Translations under genes and position numbers: made by a program
Notes under the pieces: model-generated
What the model was told of the DNA's origin: nothing
What the model saw: only the letters and a program-made list of their open reading frames with translations
The model's database searches: none
From: Nitrospirota bacterium
Lineage (GTDB): Bacteria > Nitrospirota > UBA9217
Reading direction: 5' to 3'
NCBI GenBank assembly: GCA_963741205.1
Contig: CAVUHW010000018.1
Span: 32,001 to 96,000, forward strand
Length of the DNA stretch: 64,000 nt
In this document: positions 43,507 through 53,101 of the stretch, piece by piece
How positions within the stretch are numbered: position 1 is the first letter of the stretch
Layout: every line of letters starts with the position of its first letter

Positions 43507-43522
43507 TGGCATTGCTTTTGCT
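43507..43522 (+). promoter_or_regulatory. sigma54 promoter
   Basis: TGGCATTGCTTTTGCT. Confidence 0.8.
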
Positions 43523-43770
43523 TACAGATTACAGATATGTAAAGCAATTATAATTCAATTGCGTTCTCCGAGCTGCACTGCAGTGAGGCTGCAATCACAA
43601 CTGCATCGGTTTTTATCCGGGATACCGATGTCTTCTTAACAAATCGGCATGTCTACCCATTTATTTCGAAAATTTTGTAATAGACTTGATATAATAGAGA
43701 ATAAAAAATCGAGTGTTCGATTTAGCGGTCTTTGACGGTACAGATATCATAGCTTGAAAAGGAGAAAGCC

Positions 43771-44993
43771 ATGAAAATAAAGAGCTTAATTGTTTCGGTC
43801 CTCAGTCTGGCAATATTGGCATTGTCAGGTTGCAGTAAGAGTAGCGATAGCACGCCGGCGCCGGTTAGCCAGCCCACGTCAACGACTGCAATCGCCGGCG
43901 TGGCCTCGAAGGGTCCGATCGCGGGAGCGGTGGTACAGGTGTTTGCCATAAGGAGCAATGTCACGGACACGGTCCCGTTCGGAACGGGGCGGACGGACGC
44001 CAGGGGAAACTATGCCGTTCAGACGTTCGGCTACAAAGGTCCGGTCGTAGTCGAAGTGACCCAAGGCGCGTACAATGATGAGATTTCCGGCACGCAGGTG
44101 ACCATGAAGACCCCGCTGCGGGCGATGTTCTCGAGCGTCGGAACCGGCACGACATCAATAGCGGTAACACCCCTGACCGAGCTGGCCGCTAAAAATGCCG
44201 AAGGGCGTCCGACATTATCGACAGATGCGATCGACGCCGCGAACAACTATATCGGCGTTAACTTCGGTGTCCCCGGTATTGTTACGACGTTGCCGATTGC
44301 CAATTCCGGCGACGCGAACCAGACAAACTATGTCAACCAATTGAAAGTCTTTCAGCAGCTTGTATACAACAGCATGCAGCCGGGCGAATTGGCCGCAGGC
44401 CAGGTCAAGGGATGACGCCTTGGCAACGGTCATGGACGGTCTGGGCAATGAGCAACTACAAGACCCCCTCCATATGACGGCCACGACCACAGCCGCGTGG
44501 GCCTTCGCGACAGCTGTGTGCAATGACGCCTCTCGGCTGCAGGGAAACGCCGCCGGTTCAGAATCCCCCCGCTAATCCTGTTGGAGGAATCCTCAAATTA
44601 GCTACAGCCGGACCGGCTACTACGACTATCTTTCAAATCACACTGACGCTTGCGTTGCCGGCCGGGGTGACAGTGAATACCGCTCCGGGTTCAACCGAAG
44701 CGGGAGGAATTTCAGTCAACCTCTCCAAACTTCTAGACCCCAAGACTACCACGTTAACGGCATTAGTTACGCAGTCAACACTTACGACACCGGGTAAGAT
44801 CAACATCGTCGTCGGGGCCACGAAAAGCTTCCCTCCTGGTCAGTTTCTTATTGTTAACTTTAACCTGGATCCTGCGACCCCCCCCCCGCCTCCCGGAATT
44901 CCTGATTTCGCAATGACCGGCGTACTTATCCAGGGATTAAAGTTGGTTACACTCGACGGGATAACCATTTCGCCGGCGCTGACATATCTTTAG
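43771..44993 (+). CDS. Lipoprotein paralog with putative cohesin-like C-terminus, frameshifted
   Basis: LSG-C lipobox; GVASKGPI..VTPLTELA; ORFs 43771..44415 and 44523..44993 collinear with 42135..43325. Confidence 0.78.
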
Positions 44994-45007
44994 CAATAGA
45001 AAGATGG

Positions 45008-45041
45008 GAGGCGGCCTTTCTCAGGCCGCCTCTTTTTTTTT
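45008..45041 (+). terminator. Rho-independent terminator
   Basis: gaggcggcc..ggccgcctc followed by a T-run. Confidence 0.85.
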
Positions 45042-45265
45042 CAAACTAGTCACACGGGCTGTCACCTAACTCAGCATTAAATCCTCGGGCAACTACTCAG
45101 ACGGTCTTCTCTTGCAGACGTCATTCCTAAACGTTTTAATCAATCCCATGCTTCCAAAATAAACTGGGGTCTCCATGGCTTTATGCATACCGGTAAGGGT
45201 TTTATTGGCATTCGGGGACGATGAACTATAGATACTTGAGTAGTTGCTTTTTCGATACATCGAGG

Positions 45266-45905
45266 TTAGATCAAAAGCAGTTCGCGGTCGCCTTGAAGAT
45301 ATCGACGGCTGAGCAGGAGGAGTTTGAGGTAGTAGTTGTCGAGGCAGGGAACGAAGTCGTCTGCTGAAACCTTGACCGCTTCGGTGCGGTAATCAGACCT
45401 GTGGAGAATGACCTCGATTTTCGCGGCGGTGCCCGCGAACAGGGCTATCCCCTTCTCCAGTTCCATCTCGATCACGCCGTCTAGTTCATCCCGCTGGAGT
45501 GAAAGCTCATGCGGGACGGACATCGCGGGGCAGCAGGAAGATGTCCTGGAACTCGTATTCTTTGATGCCGGGAGTGAAACAGTACACGAAGACCCTGCGG
45601 CCGACGGGAATGAGTTCGTCAAACCGAACGTCCAGCCCGAGTTCTTCCCTGATCTCTCGAGGACCGGCGACCTTCGCATCTTCTCCCGCGGCATAGTGGC
45701 CGCCGACGCTCACGTCGAACATCCCCGGCGCGATCTTCTTCGTCAGGGACCGTTTCTGGAAAAGCGCATACCCCTGTCCGCCCCGCTCGCTGATAATGAG
45801 GCAATGAAAGGCGCCGTGCCACGCGCCGGTGCGGTGCGCTTCATCGCGCTCGATGATCTCGCCGGTCTTCCCGCCGCGGCAGTCCAGGATATCGAAGGTT
45901 TCCAT
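45266..45905 (-). CDS. NUDIX hydrolase, frameshifted
   Basis: AHRTGAWHGAFH, QKRS..K...PG.FDVSVGGH..AGE, REIREELG. Confidence 0.85.
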
Positions 45906-46201
45906 AATGCGGCCTCCGGCATGAAGGCGCATGGCGAGAGCGCAAGGCGTCAAGCTTTTACGCTATGCACTATGCGATATGCGCTTTGCGAATCATCTGA
46001 GTGAATCTGCGATCTGATCCAATCGCAGCTCGGGTTGGACGGCATCTCATTATAATCTGAACCCCATTTCCATTGCACGATAATTCCCCGTCCTGAAAAC
46101 TTCTCTGGCGCCCCCCTGGTGATTCCGGTATAATAGTGCACACAGGAGGCGGACATGGCCGCTTCGCCAAGCATGAAATGCCGGATTATGCACCATGCAT
46201 T

Positions 46202-47195
46202 ATGAGCATATCAACCTTCTTCAGCTCCTTTGCGGGCATGTATGTCGCGCAGTCGTTCTTTCACTCGTTCATAACGGCGCTTCTCGTTGACGCCGCGCTC
46301 CGGGCGTGGAGGATTGAGAACCCAGTCGTGCGCCAGCGCTTCCGTCTCCTCATCATAATCCTGCCGATTCTTTCGTTTCCCCTGTACCAGTCAATAAACC
46401 CGGAGCGGGGCCGGCTCGTCTTCAGGCTGGACGCCCTGTTCGATACAGCCCGCTGGATGAACCTGGAAATCTGGCGGGACATCCCGGCGGGGATGCTGTT
46501 CCTCCTGCTGTTGCTCCTGACAACGCTTGTTTTCATCGCTCAAGAGCTGCTCCCCATCATCAAGCATGCTGTCGCTTCGAGAAGGACCGAAGCGGCATGG
46601 CGAAAAACCCGGTGAGGATTCCGTGGTCGGCAGGGCCTTGTCGGCCCTCCCCGACCCAAAACCCGAGGTCTTCATCATCGACGACGATGATCTGGTCCTG
46701 TTCGTTACCACGGGAAAGCGGCCTATGGTATTTATTTCCACCGGGACCGTGGATGCGCTTTCGCAGGAAGAGATCGAGGCGGCCATAGCCCATGAGATAG
46801 CCCATATCGAACGAAACAAGCGGCCCATGCTCATCATCGTTTTCCTGCTCCGGATCGTTCAGTTCTTCAACCCGATCGCCCTCATGGAATTCCGGATGAT
46901 CGTACAGGAAGAAGAAAAAATATGCGATGATTCCGCGGTTGCTCTGACGGGAAAGTCACGGGCGCTCGCGGCCACGCTCCGCAAGTTCCACGGCCCCGCC
47001 TCCGGCGGGCAAGCGGAGCAAGCGCGTGTCGCCGCACCGCTCGGGGAACGCCTGGAGGATTACAGCCACGCGCTCATCATCGAGAACAGGGTTGCGCGCC
47101 TGGAAACAAACCATATGCAGAATACCAAGGGATATCGTTTCGCGTTCGTCCTCACGGTCGCCGCGATCCTCGCCATCAACTACTCCATCGTCTGA
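46202..47195 (+). CDS. M56/M48-family membrane zinc metallopeptidase, frameshift ~46605
   Basis: TM helices; AHEIAH; FFNP; EKICDD. Confidence 0.85.
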
Positions 47196-47212
47196 CGTCA
47201 CAAGGAGGCCCC

Positions 47213-47767
47213 ATGCGGGAACGAATAAAGGGTTTCATCGTGTTCGTCATTGCGGTTGTTGCTTTGTTCGGCTTGCTCAAAGCGCTCAACTGGGTCCCTG
47301 GCGCTCTGCAGGAAGGCCTTCCGAGCGCCTACAGCAGCATAGAAGAGGTAACGGCGAAACTGCATATCCGCGACATCTCCGTCCCAACCTATTACCCCCA
47401 GGGGCTGCGCTGGCCCCCCTCCCGGATAACGGCTCAGTCCAAGCCCTACACCATGGTCTTGATGGAATTCCAGCGCAAGGAAGACAATCGTGTTTCCCTC
47501 GTCATCTCACAGACGGCGCTTTCCCATCCGGCGCCGGAGCCGGGAGTCGAGCTGATCCGCACGATGGAAACGGTCCGCTATCCTTTCAAGGGAAGAAATG
47601 CCTTGCTCGAAGTGGGCCAATGTCGGAACAACGAGCAGTGCAGCCGTATCTCGTGGAGCGAGCCTCCCTACCGCGTGGATATCATCATGCTGTCCCCCCC
47701 TTCGGAGATCGTAAAAATTGCGGACAGCATGGTCTCTGAACATGAGCCGTACGAGCACGCGAAGTAG
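47213..47767 (+). CDS. Membrane-anchored hypothetical protein
   Basis: AGGAGG RBS, N-terminal TM, 184 aa. Confidence 0.7.
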   Translation: MRERIKGFIVFVIAVVALFGLLKALNWVPGALQEGLPSAYSSIEEVTAKLHIRDISVPTYYPQGLRWPPSRITAQSKPYTMVLMEFQRKEDNRVSLVISQTALSHPAPEPGVELIRTMETVRYPFKGRNALLEVGQCRNNEQCSRISWSEPPYRVDIIMLSPPSEIVKIADSMVSEHEPYEHAK

Positions 47768-47964
47768 CCTGTCGCCGCATTTCCTCCTCCGAACCAGATC
47801 CCTTATCATCCTTGCCGGCCTCTCTCCCCGCGCTCTCTGCTGTTTTTCTCCTAAGAACTAATACCCTGTCGAATACGAGTTTATCCCGATTCACACGGCG
47901 CCCGTTCTTTGGTATGTTTCAATCAACAATACAATAAACCACAATCGAAAGGAGGGAACACACC

Positions 47965-48333
47965 ATGTTTAAACACACGGGAGGACAGCAGGTCGGGAGC
48001 GGAACCTATTGGGATGTTATGACCGGACTCAGGGTCGACATGGATCAGGAAGGCATGCTCCCCGGAGGAAAGGGTGCCAGGTACATGAAAGCATCATCGG
48101 GCGCAATAGTGTTATGGGGGCCTGTTCTTGGATTGGCCTACATCATTCTTCTGCCGATCATGGGCATCGTGACAGCGTTCAGTCTCCTGCTGCAAACGAC
48201 GCTCGGCGGAGTGTTCAACCTGGGCAAGAGCATCGTCTCCTTCGGGTGGAGGCCCAGCGAGGCGTATCTGGGCGGTAAAAACAAAAAGAAAGATGATAAC
48301 AGCAGGCCTGAAAGATCACCCGACCACAAGTGA
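47965..48333 (+). CDS. Small membrane protein A, copy 1
   Basis: GGAGG RBS; near-identical paralog at 49156. Confidence 0.8.
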   Translation: MFKHTGGQQVGSGTYWDVMTGLRVDMDQEGMLPGGKGARYMKASSGAIVLWGPVLGLAYIILLPIMGIVTAFSLLLQTTLGGVFNLGKSIVSFGWRPSEAYLGGKNKKKDDNSRPERSPDHK

Positions 48334-48407
48334 GTGGTGTCCATGCAGACAGTATCGCGATGATCCGCGACAGCAGTTAACGTATAGACTCCAAGGAGGA
48401 GCATGCT

Positions 48408-48809
48408 ATGAATACCATGTTTGATTTTGTCACGCATGTAAAAGGGATCGAGTACATCCTATCCCTGGCCTTGATTGCCGGGTATCTTCTGTTCTGGGAA
48501 GCACTGAAGCCCAAGCCGTTCCAAAAGGTGAAGGAGACCGGCCAGGAGGACCTGGAGCACGTCAAACAGACCGGGTTCAAGAACATGCTGAAGTTGGCGG
48601 GAAAGGTGGCCACCGCGCCCTTCGTCGGGCTGCTCTATATCATCCTTCTCCCCGTCGGCATGGTCAGCGCGCTGTTCTACACCCTGATCACGGGTTTGGC
48701 CGGGAAAGGCACGTCATTTTCCTGGAGACCGGCGGAAGCGTATCTCTCCGGCCAAAAGAAGACCAAGAAGCACGGACCTGACGACATCAAGCCGGATGAG
48801 AAGAAATAA
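48408..48809 (+). CDS. Small membrane protein B (HmcD-like N-terminus), copy 1
   Basis: FDFVTHVKGIEYIL..LFW resembles Hmc operon protein 4; paralog at 49599. Confidence 0.7.
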   Translation: MNTMFDFVTHVKGIEYILSLALIAGYLLFWEALKPKPFQKVKETGQEDLEHVKQTGFKNMLKLAGKVATAPFVGLLYIILLPVGMVSALFYTLITGLAGKGTSFSWRPAEAYLSGQKKTKKHGPDDIKPDEKK

Positions 48810-49155
48810 CTCTTATGAGAGGAAAGGGCGCTTAAAACAAGCGACCCTTTCTTTTTTTGTGCATATGGGCATACTGATATCGGGCCATCCTGACGTTGTC
48901 AACTGTTTCCTTCTTTTTTTGATAATGTTACGGGTTACAAGAGGACAGACCGCGCTGATATGAGGACGGCAGGAACGCCCCGACGAAGAAACATTGCTAT
49001 CCTTTGCTAAGAAAGCAGTCATAAGCGTTACTTTTTGTTACTACGAGTATATTCCCTGTCAACTACGAATTTATCCCGATTCACACGGCACCGTTTCGCT
49101 GATATGTTTTCAATCAACAACATGATAAACCCCAATCGAAAGGAGGGAACACACC

Positions 49156-49524
49156 ATGTTGAAATATACGGGAGGACAGCAGGTCGGAAGCGGAACCTAT
49201 TGGGATGTTATGACCGGACTGAGGGTAGACATGGATCAGGAAGGCATGCTCCCCGGAGGAAAAGGGGCCAGGTACATGAAAGCATCCTCGGGAGCAATAG
49301 TGTTATGGGGGCCTGTTCTTGGATTGGCCTACATCGTTATTCTGCCGATCATGGGCATCGTGACGGTGTTCAGTCTCCTGCTGCAAAGAACGCTCGGAGG
49401 AGTGTTCAACCTGGGCAAGAGCATCGTCTCCTTCGGATGGAGGCCCTCCGTGGCATACCTGGGCGGCAAAAACAGAAAGAAAGATAACCGCGACGAGTCA
49501 AAGAAAGCACCCCTTGGAAAATGA
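49156..49524 (+). CDS. Small membrane protein A, copy 2
   Basis: Paralog of 47965..48333. Confidence 0.8.
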   Translation: MLKYTGGQQVGSGTYWDVMTGLRVDMDQEGMLPGGKGARYMKASSGAIVLWGPVLGLAYIVILPIMGIVTVFSLLLQRTLGGVFNLGKSIVSFGWRPSVAYLGGKNRKKDNRDESKKAPLGK

Positions 49525-49598
49525 GCGGATCAGACACGGAAACATCACGATCATAAACCGACAGCATAGAAAATCCAAAACCGAAGAAAGGACACCCT

Positions 49599-50001
49599 AT
49601 GAATACCATGTTTGATTTTGTCACCCATGTTAAGGGGATCGAGTACATCCTATCCCTGGCCTTAATTGCCGGATATCTTCTGTTCTGGGAAGCACTGAAG
49701 CCCAAACCGTTCCAGAAGGTGAAGGAGACAGGCCAGGAGGACCTGGAGCACGTTAAACAGACCGGCTTCAAGAATACGCTGAAGTTGGCGGCAAAGGTGG
49801 TCTCCGCGCCCTTCGTCGGACTGCTCTATGTCATCCTCCTCCCCGTCGGGATGGTCAGCGCGCTGTTCTACACCCTGATCACGGGTTTGGCCGGGAAAGG
49901 CACGTCATTTTCCTGGAGACCGGCGGAAGCGTACCTCTGCCGGTAAGAAGAAAACCAAGAAGCAGGATGCTGACGAAAACAAGGACTCCGAGAAGAAGTA
50001 A
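49599..50001 (+). CDS. Small membrane protein B, copy 2, terminal frameshift
   Basis: Paralog of 48408..48809. Confidence 0.75.
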
Positions 50002-50076
50002 TAGGTCCGCAGAAGGAGGGGTGCGAGCAAGCACAGCATCCCTCTCCTGAATGCTCGTTAAGGAGGAAGGGAAAGA

Positions 50077-50580
50077 ATGAAAACTCTTGTCGTGGTCACC
50101 GTATCGTTGTGCTTTATCCTGCTTTTGTTGCCCTTCGCAAACGCCGAAACCGGATCACCGCCGCCCGCTGCGTCGGGGGCTGCAGCCGCACCGAAGACCG
50201 TTAAACTGGACAGTCTGGTCAATTCGTACAAGCCCGTACTTTTCAATCATGAAAAACATATTGCCATTGCCGGCGATTGTGGTACCTGTCATCATCAGCA
50301 TGGAAACAATGCAAGCCTGCCTTGTCATGAATGTCATCGCGTCACGGCGTCTTCGTTTAAAAGCTCGGTCACGGGAAATTTCATGGCATGCAAAAATTGC
50401 CATGGCGCCTATGATCCCGCAACACCCCAGATGCCGGGACTCAAGGTCGCCTATCACCGCCAGTGCTTTCAGTGCCACCGCGGCATGGCCGGAGTAGGTG
50501 TTGATCCCAGGGGCTGCACCGTCATGTGTCATGACAAGCGTGAACAGAAGTCGAGCGCGAAGGTGAATCTCGCTCACTAA
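50077..50580 (+). CDS. Cytochrome c3-family multiheme protein
   Basis: Signal peptide; PVLFNHEKH; four CxxCH plus one CxxxCH; LKVAYH. Confidence 0.9.
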   Translation: MKTLVVVTVSLCFILLLLPFANAETGSPPPAASGAAAAPKTVKLDSLVNSYKPVLFNHEKHIAIAGDCGTCHHQHGNNASLPCHECHRVTASSFKSSVTGNFMACKNCHGAYDPATPQMPGLKVAYHRQCFQCHRGMAGVGVDPRGCTVMCHDKREQKSSAKVNLAH

Positions 50581-50621
50581 CGGCAGCGCATACCGCGTTT
50601 TACCAAAGAGGAGGAAGTATC

Positions 50622-51620
50622 ATGATGGATAAGAACGAAAAAAAACCCTCTGCCGGCGATTTGGTGTCCGAGAAGACCGAGGACGGCCGAAAGAAGTCCG
50701 CACCCGGCGAGATGGGTGACAGTCTGAACTTTACCCGGAGAAGATTCATGGGCACCGTCGCGGCGATAGGCGGAGCTCTCGGGGTGGCCGGCCTGGTGTC
50801 AAAGGCAAAGACCGCAAGCGCCAAGGAATTCAACGGCGCGGCCGACCGCTACGGCGTCTTGTACGATCTCACCGCCTGCGTGGGCTGCCGCAGCTGCGAA
50901 AAGGCCTGCAACGCGGAGAACAAACTGGCGCCGCCCAAAGTGCCCTTCGACGATCCCTCGGTCTTCGAGGAGACGCGAAGGCCGATGGTCGAGTCCTATA
51001 CGGTGGTCAACCGGTACCCGAACCCCAAGGACCCCGACAAACCGCTCTACCGGAAGATCCAATGCAATCATTGCAATGAACCGGCATGCGCCAGCGCCTG
51101 TCCTATCCATGCGTACACAAAAACGCCGGAAGGTCCGGTCACGTATGACGTGAATCTCTGTTTCGGCTGCCGGTATTGCATGGTCGCCTGCCCCTACTAT
51201 ATCCCGGCGTATGACTACGACAGCGCCCTGGAGCCGCGGATTTCCAAGTGCACCATGTGCAGTCACCGTGTGAAAGAGGGCCGTCCGACGGCATGCTCCG
51301 AGGCCTGTCCCACGGGGGCGCTCACCTTCGGGAAACGCAACGACCTGATCAAGCTCGCGCGGGAGCGTATGATGAAGAACCCCGATAAGTACGTAGACCA
51401 CATTTTCGGCGAGAACGAGGGCGGAGGAACGAGCTGGCTCTATATTTCCGGCGTCCCCTTCGAACACTACGGGTTCCCGACGCATATCCAGAAGGCCCCG
51501 ATGCTGGAAAACACAAAGGGGTTCCTGGCGAGCGTTCCGCTGGTGTTCACCATTTGGCCCGCCCTCTTCGGCATGCTCTACTCCGCGACCCAGCACCGGA
51601 GCGATTCTAAGAACAGATGA
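50622..51620 (+). CDS. HmcB/HybA-like 4Fe-4S protein with Tat signal and C-terminal TM
   Basis: TRRRFM; CVGCRSCEKAC, CNHC..PACASACP, CFGCRYCMVACP, CTMC..CSEACP; GGTSWLY. Confidence 0.9.
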   Translation: MMDKNEKKPSAGDLVSEKTEDGRKKSAPGEMGDSLNFTRRRFMGTVAAIGGALGVAGLVSKAKTASAKEFNGAADRYGVLYDLTACVGCRSCEKACNAENKLAPPKVPFDDPSVFEETRRPMVESYTVVNRYPNPKDPDKPLYRKIQCNHCNEPACASACPIHAYTKTPEGPVTYDVNLCFGCRYCMVACPYYIPAYDYDSALEPRISKCTMCSHRVKEGRPTACSEACPTGALTFGKRNDLIKLARERMMKNPDKYVDHIFGENEGGGTSWLYISGVPFEHYGFPTHIQKAPMLENTKGFLASVPLVFTIWPALFGMLYSATQHRSDSKNR

Positions 51621-51638
51621 AGAAACGGAGGGGAAGAA

Positions 51639-52878
51639 ATGAGCAACGAAAACATGGCACAAACGGAAAACTTCCGCGGTACGTTCATGGATAAACTGCG
51701 GATGGGCATGACATGGCAGGAGTATACGCGCAGCCTGATCACGCCCTTTAACATCATCGCGGCGATCATCCTCGCCATCGGCATCCCGGTGATCGTCATA
51801 CGCTTCATGCAGGGGCTGTCCTTCGCGACCCATGCATCCAACGAGTATCCCTGGGGACTGCTGCTCGGGTGGGGCCTCTTCGGGGGCGTTCCCCTCTCAG
51901 CCACCGGGTTTGTCATGGCCACGGCCTATTATATCTTCGGGTTCAAGGCCTATCACCCGCTGGTGCGGCTCGGCGTTCTGACGGGCCTGCTCGGGTATTT
52001 CTTCGCCGTCATCTATCTCATGATCGACCTCGGACGGCCATGGCGTATCTATTTCCCGATGATCATCGGGTTCGGAACGGCCTCGGTCCTCTTTCTCGTG
52101 GCATGGCATGTGGCGACGTATCTCACGGTCCAGATCCTCGAGTTCAGCCCTGCAATCCTCGAGTGGCTGAAATCAAAGCGCATCCGCCGCTGGGCCCTCA
52201 TGACCACCATCGGCATGACGATCGCGGGCATCATCCTCTCGACGCTGCACCAGTCGGCGCTCGGCGCCATGTTCCTGCTGGCGCCCGGGAAACTACACCC
52301 GCTCTGGTATTCGACCTACATCCCCGTCCTGTTCCTGAGTTCGAGCATCTACGCGGCGCTTTCCATGGTAATCGTCGTCAGCACGCTCGCCGCGCGATAC
52401 CTCAGCCACAGGGCGGATCATACGTTCCTCAGCAACCTGGACAGCCTGACGCTGGGACTGGGCAAGGGCGCCGTGGTCGGGATCTACGTCTACTTCGCGC
52501 TGAAGCTGATCGCCGTGGCCCACGACGACAACTGGGCGCTTCTGATGACGCCGTACGGATACTGGTTCCTCGTTGAGCTCTTCGGCTTCGTACTCCTTCC
52601 CGCCGTCGTGCTGAGCTACGGGGTCAAGTCGGAACGCGCGGGACATCGTGAGGTTCGGCGCCTTTTTCGCCGTCCTCGGCATTCTGGTGAACAGGATGAA
52701 TGTATCCATCGTGGCCTTTAACTGGAACCTGCCGGATCACCTGCATCACATCGTTCCGCCGTGGCAGGAGGTCGCCATCGTGGCAGCGGTTGCAACGATG
52801 CACATACTCATATTCCGGTGGATTGTGAACAGGATGCCGGTCATTCGCGAGGACACGAGCTACCACGAACTTCATTAG
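51639..52878 (+). CDS. HmcC/HybB-like NrfD-family membrane protein, frameshift ~52635
   Basis: YPWGL, DLGRPWR, LSTLHQSALG, KLHPLWYS. Confidence 0.9.
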
Positions 52879-52885
52879 AACCCCG

Positions 52886-52923
52886 AGGGAGGGTGCATTT
52901 TCGTTCGGAGAATGCACCCTCCC
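52886..52923 (+). terminator. Strong intergenic hairpin
   Basis: gggagggtgcatt...aatgcaccctccc; no U-tract. Confidence 0.45.
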
Positions 52924-53101
52924 ATCTCCCCGGATGACGATAAGAGACCCCGAATGCCGGTCAGATCCCGGGGCAGCTCTCGATAGGAGTCGTGATGGAT
53001 TCCTCCAAACCGGCCATCAGAAGTGTCACGAGACGAGACATGCGGCCGCCGGGTCGTTGAGTACGAACCAGCGGTGGGATGTCGATAGCGGGGGATGCGT
53101 T

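Larger units (their letters stand above)
47870..50001 (+). repeat. Diverged tandem duplication of a two-gene unit (period 1191 bp)
   Basis: Starts 47965/49156 and 48408/49599 are both offset by 1191 bp; upstream sequence also conserved. Confidence 0.9.

Noticed and set aside
50622-52878. Hydrogenase-2 operon (hybA/hybB)
   Set aside because: No NiFe large or small subunit or maturation genes nearby.
52934-53101. N-terminal extension of the 13-heme cytochrome (also the extensions of ORFs 841.., 29590.. and 21630..)
   Set aside because: Downstream ATGs give proper signal peptides or domain starts; the extensions run through intergenic, repeat or neighbouring-gene DNA.
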